DNA of 64,000 bases. Origin: a virus. How positions within the stretch are numbered: the stretch's first letter is position 1; the number at the start of each line of letters is the position of its first letter. Positions 48,084 through 57,459 of this stretch are shown here, piece after piece. Where the stretch lies: the IMG/VR virus record IMGVR_UViG_3300037466_002724, positions 1-64,000 of that record. One strand, given 5' to 3'. Under the pieces are notes generated by a model. That model saw only the letters and a program-made list of their open reading frames with translations. It did no database searches and was not told the DNA's origin. The position numbers were made by a program, and so were the translations under genes.

Positions 48084-50975
48084 ATGACCGGAATCAAAAT
48101 CCCTGTCAGCGCCGATTTTGACGGCGCCGACCTTGAAAAGACCATCGCCAAGCTGAACGAGCAAATGAATCGGCTCGCTCAGGGGGTGGCGGCCGCGAAC
48201 AAGGTCCAGTTCACCCCGGTCAGCAAGGGAACGCTCCAGGAGCTCAAGCAGGTCGAGGAGCGGTTCAAGGAGCTGACCAAGATTTCCGGCGCGCTGCGCG
48301 ACCGGATCAAGGCGACCGGGCAGGGTGGCTCTTCGTTCGGCGGTCTCGACTGGACCCGTCTGTATGACGACCCGGTCATTCGTCAGCGCAAGATGATGCA
48401 GGCCTTCCAGCATGTCACGGCGGGGACGGCCTATGGCCTGCAGGTTCCGTCGCCGGCATCGCCTGGCGGCCGGCAGCCGGCGCCGCCGCCAAGCGAGCCG
48501 CCGCCGCCTCGGCGTCCGAATGGGCCGACCGTTGGCGGCACGTTGGGCGGCATCGCTGCGGCCGGCCTGCGCGCCACGGGCCCGGTGGGCGGTGTGGTGG
48601 CCAATGCCGGCGGCGCTGCGGCAGCTGGCGGCTTCTCGGCAGGCCTCATGGGTCTGTTCGGCGGCCTGGCCGCACTTGCCGTCGGCAAGGGCATCGGCGC
48701 GATCAAGGACAAGGCGGACGCTGCCGGGCAGGAAGGCATCGGCTACGACACGATCAAGCGCACGCTGGGCGATGTGAACGTCAGTTTCAGCCTGCTGCGC
48801 GAATCGCTTCGGGCCGCTTCCTACGACATCGACACGACGTTCGAGCAGACCCAGAAGCTGGGCACCGACTTCGCCAAGCTGTCCGGCGTCACGCGCGACC
48901 AGTACAAGACCATCGCCGAGGAGGTCAAAGTCGGCGGTGGTTTCGGTCGCAGCTTCGGCATGGATCCGGAGCAGTCGAACGCCTTCTTCGCCCAGATGCG
49001 CCAGTTCCGGGTCACCGAGAACGTCAACGACAGCCGGCGCCTGGCGCTGATGATCGGTGAGGCGGTCGGCAAATCCGGCCAGTTCGGCAAGATGGACGAG
49101 GTCCTGCAGGCCATCTCCGGTTTCGCAGCGACCCAGACGCGATCGAGCCTGGCCGGCGCCAACGTCGAGGGCTATGCCGGCCAGCTCGCCGGGTTCATGT
49201 CCTCGCGCACGCCGGGCCTGGATGCGCAGGGGGCGGCGGCGCTGCTTGGGCGCGTCAACGGCGCGATCGCCGGCGGCGGCGCAATCGGCGAGGCCGGCCA
49301 GAACTATCTTTACAGCGCGCTCGGCAAGAAATACGGCCTCGACCCGGTCCAGACCGCGCTGCTCCAGCAGCAGGGTGCTTTCGGCACCGGGCGCACGGCG
49401 TTCGGCAGTGGCTCGCTCTACGCGCAGTTCTCCCGAAAATTCGGCGGCAGCGTGCCGGGCGCGGCGGCGAGCTCGGACGAGACCAACATCTCGACGATCC
49501 TCGCCAAGATCCAGCGCGACTACGCCAGCAACCCCAGCCTGATGCTGAATGCCACGGCGCGCCTGCTTGGCGTGAATGAGAACCAGGCCATGGCGCTGCA
49601 CACGATCGCGCCGCAGTCGCTGGGCGGCATCACCGGCCGCATGGGACGGCTGGGCCTGGATATGGGCTCGCTGTCGGCTACCGGCATTTCGGCGCTGGCC
49701 AACATTGAGACCGGCGATCGCACGACCCTGCTCGGCCAGGCCGCTGCGCTGCGCAAGAGCCGCAAGCCGCTGTCGGTCGAGGAGAACGCCCGACTGAACG
49801 ACGCGATCGACAGCGGCAGCACCGAGAAGCTGCGCGATATCCTGACCGAGCTGACCTACTCGCGCGAGCAGGAGCAGACCGAGGGCAGCAAGACCCGCGA
49901 ATCCATCCAGGGCGTCGACAAACGCATCCAGGAGCTCGCAACGCACCTGGTCGGCCCGATGAACGATATGCGCAATGCGTTGGTCTACCTGGCAGGCGGC
50001 AGGGAGAAACTGGGCGCAACCGGCATCGCTGAGCGGGTGATGCGTACCGAGTCGGCTGAAAATATCGAGAACATGAAGGCCAAGAACGCGGCCGACATCG
50101 ATGCGCAGCGGGCCATCATCAGCGACGTTGGCGTGAACGATGCCACCGGGAAGCTGGGCGCGCTGAGCGAGGAATACCGTAACAAGATCATGGGTGCTGG
50201 CTCGGAACAGGAGAAGGAAGCGCTCCGGGAAGAGCTTAAGAAAAAGCGCGAGGCTCTGCTCGCGCGCCGCACCGAGGCCCAAAAGCGCATCGTCGATCTT
50301 CAGGAGGAAATGTCCAAAGCCGAGGAATCGGAAAAAAAGCGCCTTGAGACCGAGGTCCGCAAGTTGAAAATCCAGCCTGCCACGCCTGGCACGGGTGGCG
50401 ACGCCTCGGCGGCCACCAAGCAGGAATTCCAGCAGCGGTATGGCGACGCGGCGCGCCGCGCTGGCACCGCCCTGGGCGTGGACCCGAAGTTCATACTGGC
50501 GCAGTGGGGCGTCGAAACCGGCTGGGGGCGCTCGATCATCCCGGGCACGAACAACCTGGGCAATATCAAAGACTTCCGCGGCCGCGGCGTCGCCGCGCGC
50601 GACAACGCGACCGGGCGCGTCGACAATTACCGCGCGTTCGACTCGATGGACGCATTTGCCGACCACTATGTGAGCCTGATCAAGCGCAAGTATCCGAATG
50701 CGGTCGGCGCTGGCTCCGACGGCGCCAAGTTCGCGGCCGGCCTGAATGGCTACGCCGAGGACGGCGCCTACGGGTCCAAGATCCTGCGCAGCAGCAACGG
50801 GCTATTCCCTGATTCGGCGCCGCTGCCGGCTGGCGGGCGCACACAGGCCGACCAGCAATCGCAGACCGTGAATTTCAACGGCGAGTTCACCCTGGTGACA
50901 CCGTCCGGCCAGCGCGTGGGCGACCCGCTGCGCATGAACAAGCGCGTGGCGATGCCGACGCCGTCGGGGGGCTGA
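48084..50975 (+). CDS. Tape measure protein with C-terminal glucosaminidase (FlgJ-like) domain
   Basis: Ala/Gly-rich and helical; ILAQWGVETGWG...NNLGNIK...YRAFDS...GYAEDGAY. Confidence 0.88.
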   Translation: MTGIKIPVSADFDGADLEKTIAKLNEQMNRLAQGVAAANKVQFTPVSKGTLQELKQVEERFKELTKISGALRDRIKATGQGGSSFGGLDWTRLYDDPVIRQRKMMQAFQHVTAGTAYGLQVPSPASPGGRQPAPPPSEPPPPRRPNGPTVGGTLGGIAAAGLRATGPVGGVVANAGGAAAAGGFSAGLMGLFGGLAALAVGKGIGAIKDKADAAGQEGIGYDTIKRTLGDVNVSFSLLRESLRAASYDIDTTFEQTQKLGTDFAKLSGVTRDQYKTIAEEVKVGGGFGRSFGMDPEQSNAFFAQMRQFRVTENVNDSRRLALMIGEAVGKSGQFGKMDEVLQAISGFAATQTRSSLAGANVEGYAGQLAGFMSSRTPGLDAQGAAALLGRVNGAIAGGGAIGEAGQNYLYSALGKKYGLDPVQTALLQQQGAFGTGRTAFGSGSLYAQFSRKFGGSVPGAAASSDETNISTILAKIQRDYASNPSLMLNATARLLGVNENQAMALHTIAPQSLGGITGRMGRLGLDMGSLSATGISALANIETGDRTTLLGQAAALRKSRKPLSVEENARLNDAIDSGSTEKLRDILTELTYSREQEQTEGSKTRESIQGVDKRIQELATHLVGPMNDMRNALVYLAGGREKLGATGIAERVMRTESAENIENMKAKNAADIDAQRAIISDVGVNDATGKLGALSEEYRNKIMGAGSEQEKEALREELKKKREALLARRTEAQKRIVDLQEEMSKAEESEKKRLETEVRKLKIQPATPGTGGDASAATKQEFQQRYGDAARRAGTALGVDPKFILAQWGVETGWGRSIIPGTNNLGNIKDFRGRGVAARDNATGRVDNYRAFDSMDAFADHYVSLIKRKYPNAVGAGSDGAKFAAGLNGYAEDGAYGSKILRSSNGLFPDSAPLPAGGRTQADQQSQTVNFNGEFTLVTPSGQRVGDPLRMNKRVAMPTPSGG

Positions 50976-50976
50976 C

Positions 50977-52482
50977 ATGGCGCAGCGCGACGTCCCGGTT
51001 CTCCAGCCGCAATTCAAGGTAACCCTGTTCAAGACCGTCAAGCGGGAGACCATCGACGGGTCCGAGAAGGTATCGGTTCGCTACGGCGCGACCACCAAGA
51101 CCATCGACCTGACGCCGTTCCTGACCGACCAGTCCACGATCTCGACGTCCAAGTCGGTGCGCGAGCCGGCCGGCGCGTTCGCCATCACGGTGTCCGACCA
51201 GCCGTACGCGGTGGCGGCCGGCGCCGATACCCTGGCGGGCGTGGTCGAGCCCATGGACATGGTCGAGATCCGGTTCCGTCACGTGCCGAACGGCTCGCCA
51301 GAACTACCCGTGGTCATGCGCGGCTTTGTGTCGGACGTGTCGCGCAGCGAGTTCGTCGATAACGAGGGCCGGCCGATTCGCACCGTCACCATCACCGGCC
51401 AGGACTATGGCAAGCTGTGGCAGCTGTTGCAGCTTTTCTATGGCCCAGGCTACGTGATCGGCCAGGACATCATCTCCGCTTACCAGATGTTCGAACGGTT
51501 CGGCGCCGGGATGAAGATCGGGCAGAAGGGTTCCGAATTTTTGCAGGAAACCTTCGACAAGATCCTGAACCCGTACGTCAAGGACATCGTGTCGGGCAAC
51601 TCCAGCAACCCGTCTACGATCGAGGTGAAGGCGCTCCAGAAGCACGGCGTCACCTCGATTTCCGGTACCCAGAACCAGGAGGGCGCGCTGTACGACCTGC
51701 TGCGCCGCTTCCTGGACGTGGGCACCTGGAACGAACTCTTCATCACCGAGGACGACGACAAGGTCTACTGCATCTACCGGCCGAACCCATACCTGGATGT
51801 GCACGGCAAGCCGATCGACCCGGACACCCAGGCGCCGGCGGCCTACAGCGCCGGCGATAAGGACCCGACCAAGCTGGTCTACTACGACGTGCCGGCGGCC
51901 GACATCCGCTCGATGAGTGTTTCGCGCAGCGATGCCAACGTCGCGAACTACTACTGGGTGCGGGCGCCGCGCTACGAGATGGTCAGCGACATCTACCAGA
52001 AGCAGGCCGGCGCGACGTCCGGCGACAAGAAAACCATCGACCTGACCGACTACGTCAATACCAAGGGCAAGCTGTACGGCATCCGCAAGATGGAGGACTC
52101 TACCGAGATGGGCGGCGACGACGTGACCAACACGGCGTCAGGTGTGTCCGAGGACGAGAAGACCAAGCGCGACACCAGCGTGGCCAACTGGATCAAGAAC
52201 CGCCGCCAGCTGCTGGTCGAGATGAACCGCGATAACGTGCTGCTCGAGCGTGGCACGCTGACGATCAAGGGCAACGAGGCTATCCGCGCCGGCAACTACC
52301 TGAAACTACACCGCGGCACGTTCACGGCACTGTATTACATCGTGAACGTCGAGCACCAGTTTTCGCCCTTCAACAACTTCTTGACCGTGCTGACCGTGGA
52401 CCGCGGCCTGGGCTTCGTCGAGCGCATGCGCAAGAACGGCGGACCCGAGTCACCTTATTACGCTGAAATGGCGAGCACCTGA
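50977..52482 (+). CDS. Baseplate hub protein
   Basis: Position after tape measure; RGFVSDVSRS...ITGQDYGK; GTLTIKGNEAIRAG...YYIVNVEH. Confidence 0.7.
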   Translation: MAQRDVPVLQPQFKVTLFKTVKRETIDGSEKVSVRYGATTKTIDLTPFLTDQSTISTSKSVREPAGAFAITVSDQPYAVAAGADTLAGVVEPMDMVEIRFRHVPNGSPELPVVMRGFVSDVSRSEFVDNEGRPIRTVTITGQDYGKLWQLLQLFYGPGYVIGQDIISAYQMFERFGAGMKIGQKGSEFLQETFDKILNPYVKDIVSGNSSNPSTIEVKALQKHGVTSISGTQNQEGALYDLLRRFLDVGTWNELFITEDDDKVYCIYRPNPYLDVHGKPIDPDTQAPAAYSAGDKDPTKLVYYDVPAADIRSMSVSRSDANVANYYWVRAPRYEMVSDIYQKQAGATSGDKKTIDLTDYVNTKGKLYGIRKMEDSTEMGGDDVTNTASGVSEDEKTKRDTSVANWIKNRRQLLVEMNRDNVLLERGTLTIKGNEAIRAGNYLKLHRGTFTALYYIVNVEHQFSPFNNFLTVLTVDRGLGFVERMRKNGGPESPYYAEMAST

Positions 52483-53351
52483 TGACGATTCGATATGGCG
52501 TCGTGGTTGCGACGCACCCCGAGGACCACTCGGTCGACCTGGTGATGACTGACGACTACTCGCGCCTGGCAGGCGTGCAGGTCCTGACTTCGAACGGCAA
52601 CGGCGCTTATGGGCGCAACGACCTGTACGCGCCGGACGAGAAGTCGGACGATGCGAAGTGGGACCTGAGCAAGGTCGGCCCCAAGAACCCGATCGCAGCG
52701 GTCGCGTTCGGGCTGGGCATGGCGGTGGTGATCGGCTTCCGCTTCCCGCAGGTCAACGGGCTGACCTTCAACGAGAAGAACCTGCGGGTCGACCGGCATT
52801 CGTCCGAGGTCTACTCGACGTTGAACGATGCCGGCGACTACGAGATGGCCTGGCCGAATGGCACCTTCGTGCGCGTGGGTGCCAGCCCGGACCACGTCGA
52901 CCTGAACGGCAAGGGCACCGACAGCAAGTGGGCGACCGACAAGAACACCGGCGCGCAGATGCACCTGCGCCTGGTGCTGGGCGCCGGCAAGCTGGACTTT
53001 CATGTGGATCCCGACGGTAACGTGGTGATGACCCATGATGGCGACCTGACCCTGCACACCAAGGGCAAGGCGACCGTCAACGTAGACGGCACGGCCGACA
53101 TCACCGTGGGCGGCGACACGAAGCTGACGACCCCGAAGCTGACGGTAGACGCCCCGGAATCGACGTTCACCGGGCACGTTACGATCGAGGGTGGGCTGTC
53201 GGTGTCCGGCGGCACGGGCACCACCGCGGCGATCGCCGGCGACCTGGCCGTGACGGGTGGCGACGTGAAGGCCGACGCTATCAGCCTGAAACAGCACAAG
53301 ACCTCGGGCGTCGTGCCAGGCAGCGGCACCAGTAACGTCCCGGTCCCCTGA
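52482..53351 (+). CDS. Baseplate spike (gpV-like)
   Basis: OB-fold-like N-terminus, beta-repeat C-terminus, terminal SLKQHKTSGVVPGSG. Confidence 0.8.
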   Translation: MTIRYGVVVATHPEDHSVDLVMTDDYSRLAGVQVLTSNGNGAYGRNDLYAPDEKSDDAKWDLSKVGPKNPIAAVAFGLGMAVVIGFRFPQVNGLTFNEKNLRVDRHSSEVYSTLNDAGDYEMAWPNGTFVRVGASPDHVDLNGKGTDSKWATDKNTGAQMHLRLVLGAGKLDFHVDPDGNVVMTHDGDLTLHTKGKATVNVDGTADITVGGDTKLTTPKLTVDAPESTFTGHVTIEGGLSVSGGTGTTAAIAGDLAVTGGDVKADAISLKQHKTSGVVPGSGTSNVPVP

Positions 53352-53386
53352 CCGGCGGGCGCCCGTCGTGACGCTACGATGGGCGC

Positions 53387-54529
53387 ATGAACCTTTCCCC
53401 GGCTCAAAGTCAGAAGGCGGAAGATCGCCCGATCTCATTCATCCTCGACGCCAGCGGCGGCGCGGACGAGGTGACTTTGTTCATCCGGCCGGAGGAGATG
53501 ACGCGCACGCATCCGTCGCGCACCTCGGTCAACCAGACCCTTGGCGGGGCCTGGATCGATAGCTTCGGCGAGGGGCTGGAGACGGCCACGATCACCGGCA
53601 CGCTCGGCTGGCGCACCGGCCCGGACGGGCAAGATGGCGCCCAGCGCCTGCTCACGATGCGCGAGAAGACCTACACCGAATGGCACAAGCAGCGCCACGC
53701 GGCGGTCGATCGCGGCGATGATCCGAACGGTGTCAAGCTGCGGTTCGTGGACGCGCTCAACAGCTACTCCAGCGTGATCGTGCCGCTGACCTGGGAGGTT
53801 CGGCGCAGCAAGAGCCGGCCGCTGCTAGCGAGCTACCGTATCTCGTTTATTGCGGTCGGCAAGGCCGGCGCGCCGGGCGGTATCTCCGGCCTGCTGCTCG
53901 GGGCTGGCGGATTCGGTGACGTACAGGGCCTCGGCCTGAACAGCCTGTTCTCGTCCCTGGGCGAGATCAACCGCGCCATCAACACGGCAAAGAGCTTCGT
54001 CAACAACACGGTCCTGGCGCCGGTGACCGGCTTCCTGCGCCTGTCGAGCCAGGTTTTCACCCAGGTGCACGGCACGATCCAGAACGGCCTGTCCCTGGCC
54101 GATCCGTTCATCCAGGTCGCGCACAACATCGCCCAGACCGGAGTCAACGTGTTCCGGACACTGGCCTCGGTCGCGAACATCCCGATGGAGGCCAAGGCCG
54201 CGCTGATGCAGGTGGCTGGCGCCTACAGCAACATCTTCTGCGTGCTGAAAAACTCGCTCAAGAAGTCGGCGACCTACGAGGACTACAACCCGCTGTACGG
54301 CGCATCGAACTGCTCGTCGACGGGTGGCGGCTTGCCGCCGTCGCAGTATGCGGACCAGAACCCGTTCTACTACGTGTCCCCTTCCGCAACCAACTCGGTC
54401 GGCGTCTCCCCGCGCGCCAGTGCCGCCCTCAATGACTTGGCGCAGCGCGACATCGTCCTGACGCCGTTGCCGCTGTCGACGATCGGCACATCGCTAACTG
54501 ATGTGAATGCGGGGGTGCTGCTGGCATGA
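53387..54529 (+). CDS. Baseplate/tail-tube initiator-like protein
   Basis: IRPEEM...VNQTLGGAWIDSFGEG..TITGT; leaderless late motif at 53365. Confidence 0.6.
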   Translation: MNLSPAQSQKAEDRPISFILDASGGADEVTLFIRPEEMTRTHPSRTSVNQTLGGAWIDSFGEGLETATITGTLGWRTGPDGQDGAQRLLTMREKTYTEWHKQRHAAVDRGDDPNGVKLRFVDALNSYSSVIVPLTWEVRRSKSRPLLASYRISFIAVGKAGAPGGISGLLLGAGGFGDVQGLGLNSLFSSLGEINRAINTAKSFVNNTVLAPVTGFLRLSSQVFTQVHGTIQNGLSLADPFIQVAHNIAQTGVNVFRTLASVANIPMEAKAALMQVAGAYSNIFCVLKNSLKKSATYEDYNPLYGASNCSSTGGGLPPSQYADQNPFYYVSPSATNSVGVSPRASAALNDLAQRDIVLTPLPLSTIGTSLTDVNAGVLLA

Positions 54530-55140
54530 CCGATTTCACCCGCCCGATTTCCGGTTTCCGGTTCGTCCAGACGCAGCGCGGCGACACGCTGCGCGCGGTG
54601 GCTCTGCGCGAGCTCGGGGACGCCAGCGGCTGGGCCCAGCTGATCTGGCTGAACAAGCTGGTCCCTCCGTACCTGACGGACGATCCGGCGGAAGTGCGCA
54701 CCGGCGTCCTGCTGACCGGATCGACGATCCGTGTGCCGTCGGCGAGCGCGGAGGTCGATGCTGCCGTCTACCCGGACCAGGTATTCCAGACCGATTGCCT
54801 GCTCAAGGATGGCGCGTTCCAATTCTCGGGCGGCGACTTCGCTACCGTGTCCGGCCGTGAAAACCTGCACCAGGCGCTGGTCCACCGCATCCAGACCGAC
54901 CACGGCGAGCTGCAGTTTCACCCGCGCTACGGCGCCAACCTGGGTCGCCTGATCGGCTCGCTATCGGGCCCGGTGCGCGCGCTGGTCGCCGGCGACTATG
55001 TGGACGAGGCGCTGCGCGAGGAAACCCGCATCAAGGACGTGACCAAGGTGACGGCGACCACGACAGGTGACCGGCTGAGCGTCGATGCCGAGGTCGTGCC
55101 GATCACGGGCGTCAACCTGAACGTATCCAAGGTGGTGTAA
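54526..55140 (+). CDS. LysM + gp25/gpW-like baseplate wedge protein
   Basis: RGDTLRAVALRELGD (LysM); GRENLHQAL..RIQTDHGEL.FHPRYG. Confidence 0.8.
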   Translation: MTDFTRPISGFRFVQTQRGDTLRAVALRELGDASGWAQLIWLNKLVPPYLTDDPAEVRTGVLLTGSTIRVPSASAEVDAAVYPDQVFQTDCLLKDGAFQFSGGDFATVSGRENLHQALVHRIQTDHGELQFHPRYGANLGRLIGSLSGPVRALVAGDYVDEALREETRIKDVTKVTATTTGDRLSVDAEVVPITGVNLNVSKVV

Positions 55141-56255
55141 TGGCATTTCAAATCAAGGATTTCCGCTCGATTTCGGCATCTATGGTGAACTGGATGAAGG
55201 CCACTCAGCAGAAGCTGACGGACTTCAACCAGGGTTCTGTCGCGCGCACGCTGGTCGAGGCCCCCGCCGCCGAGATCGACGAGCTCTACCAGCAGATGTT
55301 CATCGGCCTGAAAGAGGCGATCCCGGTCTCCGTCTACAACAGCTTCGGGTTCGATGCGATCACTGAGCTGCCGGCGACTGGGCTGATTCGGGTCAGCGTG
55401 ACGGCCGCCGCGGTGCCGATCACGATCCCGGCTGGGACGACCTTCTCGCTGCCGTTCGGCGACGTGACGTACACCTCGAACAACGATGTCACGATTGCAC
55501 CAGGGGGCACCTATGCTGACGTGCTGGTCACCTGCTCGGTGACCGGCGCTGCCGGCAATCTGCTGCCGGGCCAGTCGTTCACTGCCGAGCCCACCATCGG
55601 CGGCTTCCAATCGGCGCAGAACCTGGCCGCCTTCATCAGCGGCGTGGATACCGAAACCGCCGAGGCGCGCAAGAACCGGTTCAATGCTTTCATCGCGGCG
55701 CTGCCGCGCGGCACCGTCGCGGCGCTGACCTACGGGCTCAGCCTGGTCAACCTGACGGATGCCAGCGGTAGCCAGATTGAGCGGGTTGCGTCGAGCTCGA
55801 TCGTCGAGCCATGGGTGACCGACGACACCCAGCCGATCGCACTGGTTCATTGTTACATTCACAACGGCGTAGGTGGAACCTCCGGCGACCTTGTCAACCG
55901 GGCGATCGAGGTGATCCACGGCTACTACGACGCGAACGGCGTTGCGGTTCCCGGCTGGAAAGCGGCTGGCGTGAAGGTGGAAATCTACGCCGCCACCGAG
56001 GTGCTGGTCCCTGTCGCCGGCGTGTTGACGGCCATTGCCGGCTACGACAAGGCGACGCTGATCAGCCAGGCAGAGCAGGTGGTCTACAGCTACATCCTCA
56101 CGCTGCCGATCGGCGCCGCAGCCATCAAGTCGGAGCTGATCGCGCTCGTGATGGAGATCGACGGCGTGTTCAACATCACGTTCTCGGATCCGTCCGATGA
56201 CGTGGCGGCAGACCAGCAGACCAAACTCATGCCGGGCGCGATCGCGCTGACCTGA
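55140..56255 (+). CDS. Baseplate J-like wedge protein
   Basis: TDFNQGSVARTLVEA; GAAGN; SGVDTET..RK.RF; KAAGVKV. Confidence 0.88.
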   Translation: MAFQIKDFRSISASMVNWMKATQQKLTDFNQGSVARTLVEAPAAEIDELYQQMFIGLKEAIPVSVYNSFGFDAITELPATGLIRVSVTAAAVPITIPAGTTFSLPFGDVTYTSNNDVTIAPGGTYADVLVTCSVTGAAGNLLPGQSFTAEPTIGGFQSAQNLAAFISGVDTETAEARKNRFNAFIAALPRGTVAALTYGLSLVNLTDASGSQIERVASSSIVEPWVTDDTQPIALVHCYIHNGVGGTSGDLVNRAIEVIHGYYDANGVAVPGWKAAGVKVEIYAATEVLVPVAGVLTAIAGYDKATLISQAEQVVYSYILTLPIGAAAIKSELIALVMEIDGVFNITFSDPSDDVAADQQTKLMPGAIALT

Positions 56256-57457
56256 TGAAGCTGACCCAGAAGCTCCTATCGTGCCTGCACCGGGTGTTCG
56301 ACAAGGACGCCGCACCGTTCCTCGTGCTGCGCCTGCGCTACGCTGGTGCAGGCATGACCTGGCGCGTGGAAAGCGCGACGCTGACCACGGCGCCGACCGG
56401 TGGCATCGGCGCGCCGCTGATGGTCGACTTGACCCAGTACACGATCGGCGAACTGGTCAACTACTTGGCCGCCCAACCGGGTTACTCGGTCGAGTATGCG
56501 GATCGGTCCGAGCTCTCCCTGATGGGTGCCGCGGTGCTGTTAGACGGCGCCGGGGACCAGAACCAGTCGAATGGTGACCACCTGTATGGCTACACCAGTG
56601 TGCTGTGGTCCTACATGGAGGCAAATGCGCGCGAGCTCGAAGCGGCTGCCGCCCAGATCGACCAGATGCTGCTCCAGATGAGCACGACCACCGCAGGCGA
56701 CATCTGGCTGGACGAGCTGGGCGGCTACTATGGCGTGCCGCGCCTGCAGGGCGAGCTCGACGGGTCATACGGCCCACGCATCATCGCCGAGGTGCTGCGA
56801 CAACGTGGAAACAATGTGGCGATCGAGGCGGCCATTTCAGCGTACACCGGCCAGTCCACAACAGTCACCGATGTGATCGTGCACACGCCGTTGTCGCCGC
56901 TCTTCGATGCGCACGACGACTTCGATGGTGCGCGGTTCTACAACTCGACCTCTTCGCCGCTCTACGGTCTGTTCGACGTCGAATACAGCTATGACCTGAT
57001 CAACGGTGGGCAGATCGACAGTTTCCAGCAGATCGTGCACGACCTGATCGGCCGCTTGCGCGACGCCGGCACGCACTTGCGCTCGCTGCTGCTCAAGGGC
57101 TCCGTGCTGATCGACACGGTGGCCGCTCCGACAGATGGCGGCGCGCTCGGACTGCAGCCTGGGTTGTCGTTGGCCGATGCCGTGGCAGCTCCCTCGGAGA
57201 GTACCACGATGGCGGTCGGAGCGCTGCCGATGATCGACGCGCCCGATGTGTCGCTCGATGGTCTCGGCGTAGTAGTGACGACAAACTATCGATACAGCGG
57301 CGTGCGCAGGTTCAACGGGCAGGCGGTGTATCGGGGCGACCAGGTGAGCGCCGAAGACGTGGGTACGTCCGGCGACATCCCGTTCACGGCGCTGCTACTG
57401 GCTGATGGAACGCGCAATGCAAACGGCGCGGAAATTGCTGACGGATTGATCGGATAA
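56255..57457 (+). CDS. Baseplate wedge protein (gpI-like)
   Basis: TTAGDIWLDELGGYYGVPRLQGELD.SY..RII. Confidence 0.7.
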   Translation: MKLTQKLLSCLHRVFDKDAAPFLVLRLRYAGAGMTWRVESATLTTAPTGGIGAPLMVDLTQYTIGELVNYLAAQPGYSVEYADRSELSLMGAAVLLDGAGDQNQSNGDHLYGYTSVLWSYMEANARELEAAAAQIDQMLLQMSTTTAGDIWLDELGGYYGVPRLQGELDGSYGPRIIAEVLRQRGNNVAIEAAISAYTGQSTTVTDVIVHTPLSPLFDAHDDFDGARFYNSTSSPLYGLFDVEYSYDLINGGQIDSFQQIVHDLIGRLRDAGTHLRSLLLKGSVLIDTVAAPTDGGALGLQPGLSLADAVAAPSESTTMAVGALPMIDAPDVSLDGLGVVVTTNYRYSGVRRFNGQAVYRGDQVSAEDVGTSGDIPFTALLLADGTRNANGAEIADGLIG

Positions 57458-57459
57458 AC

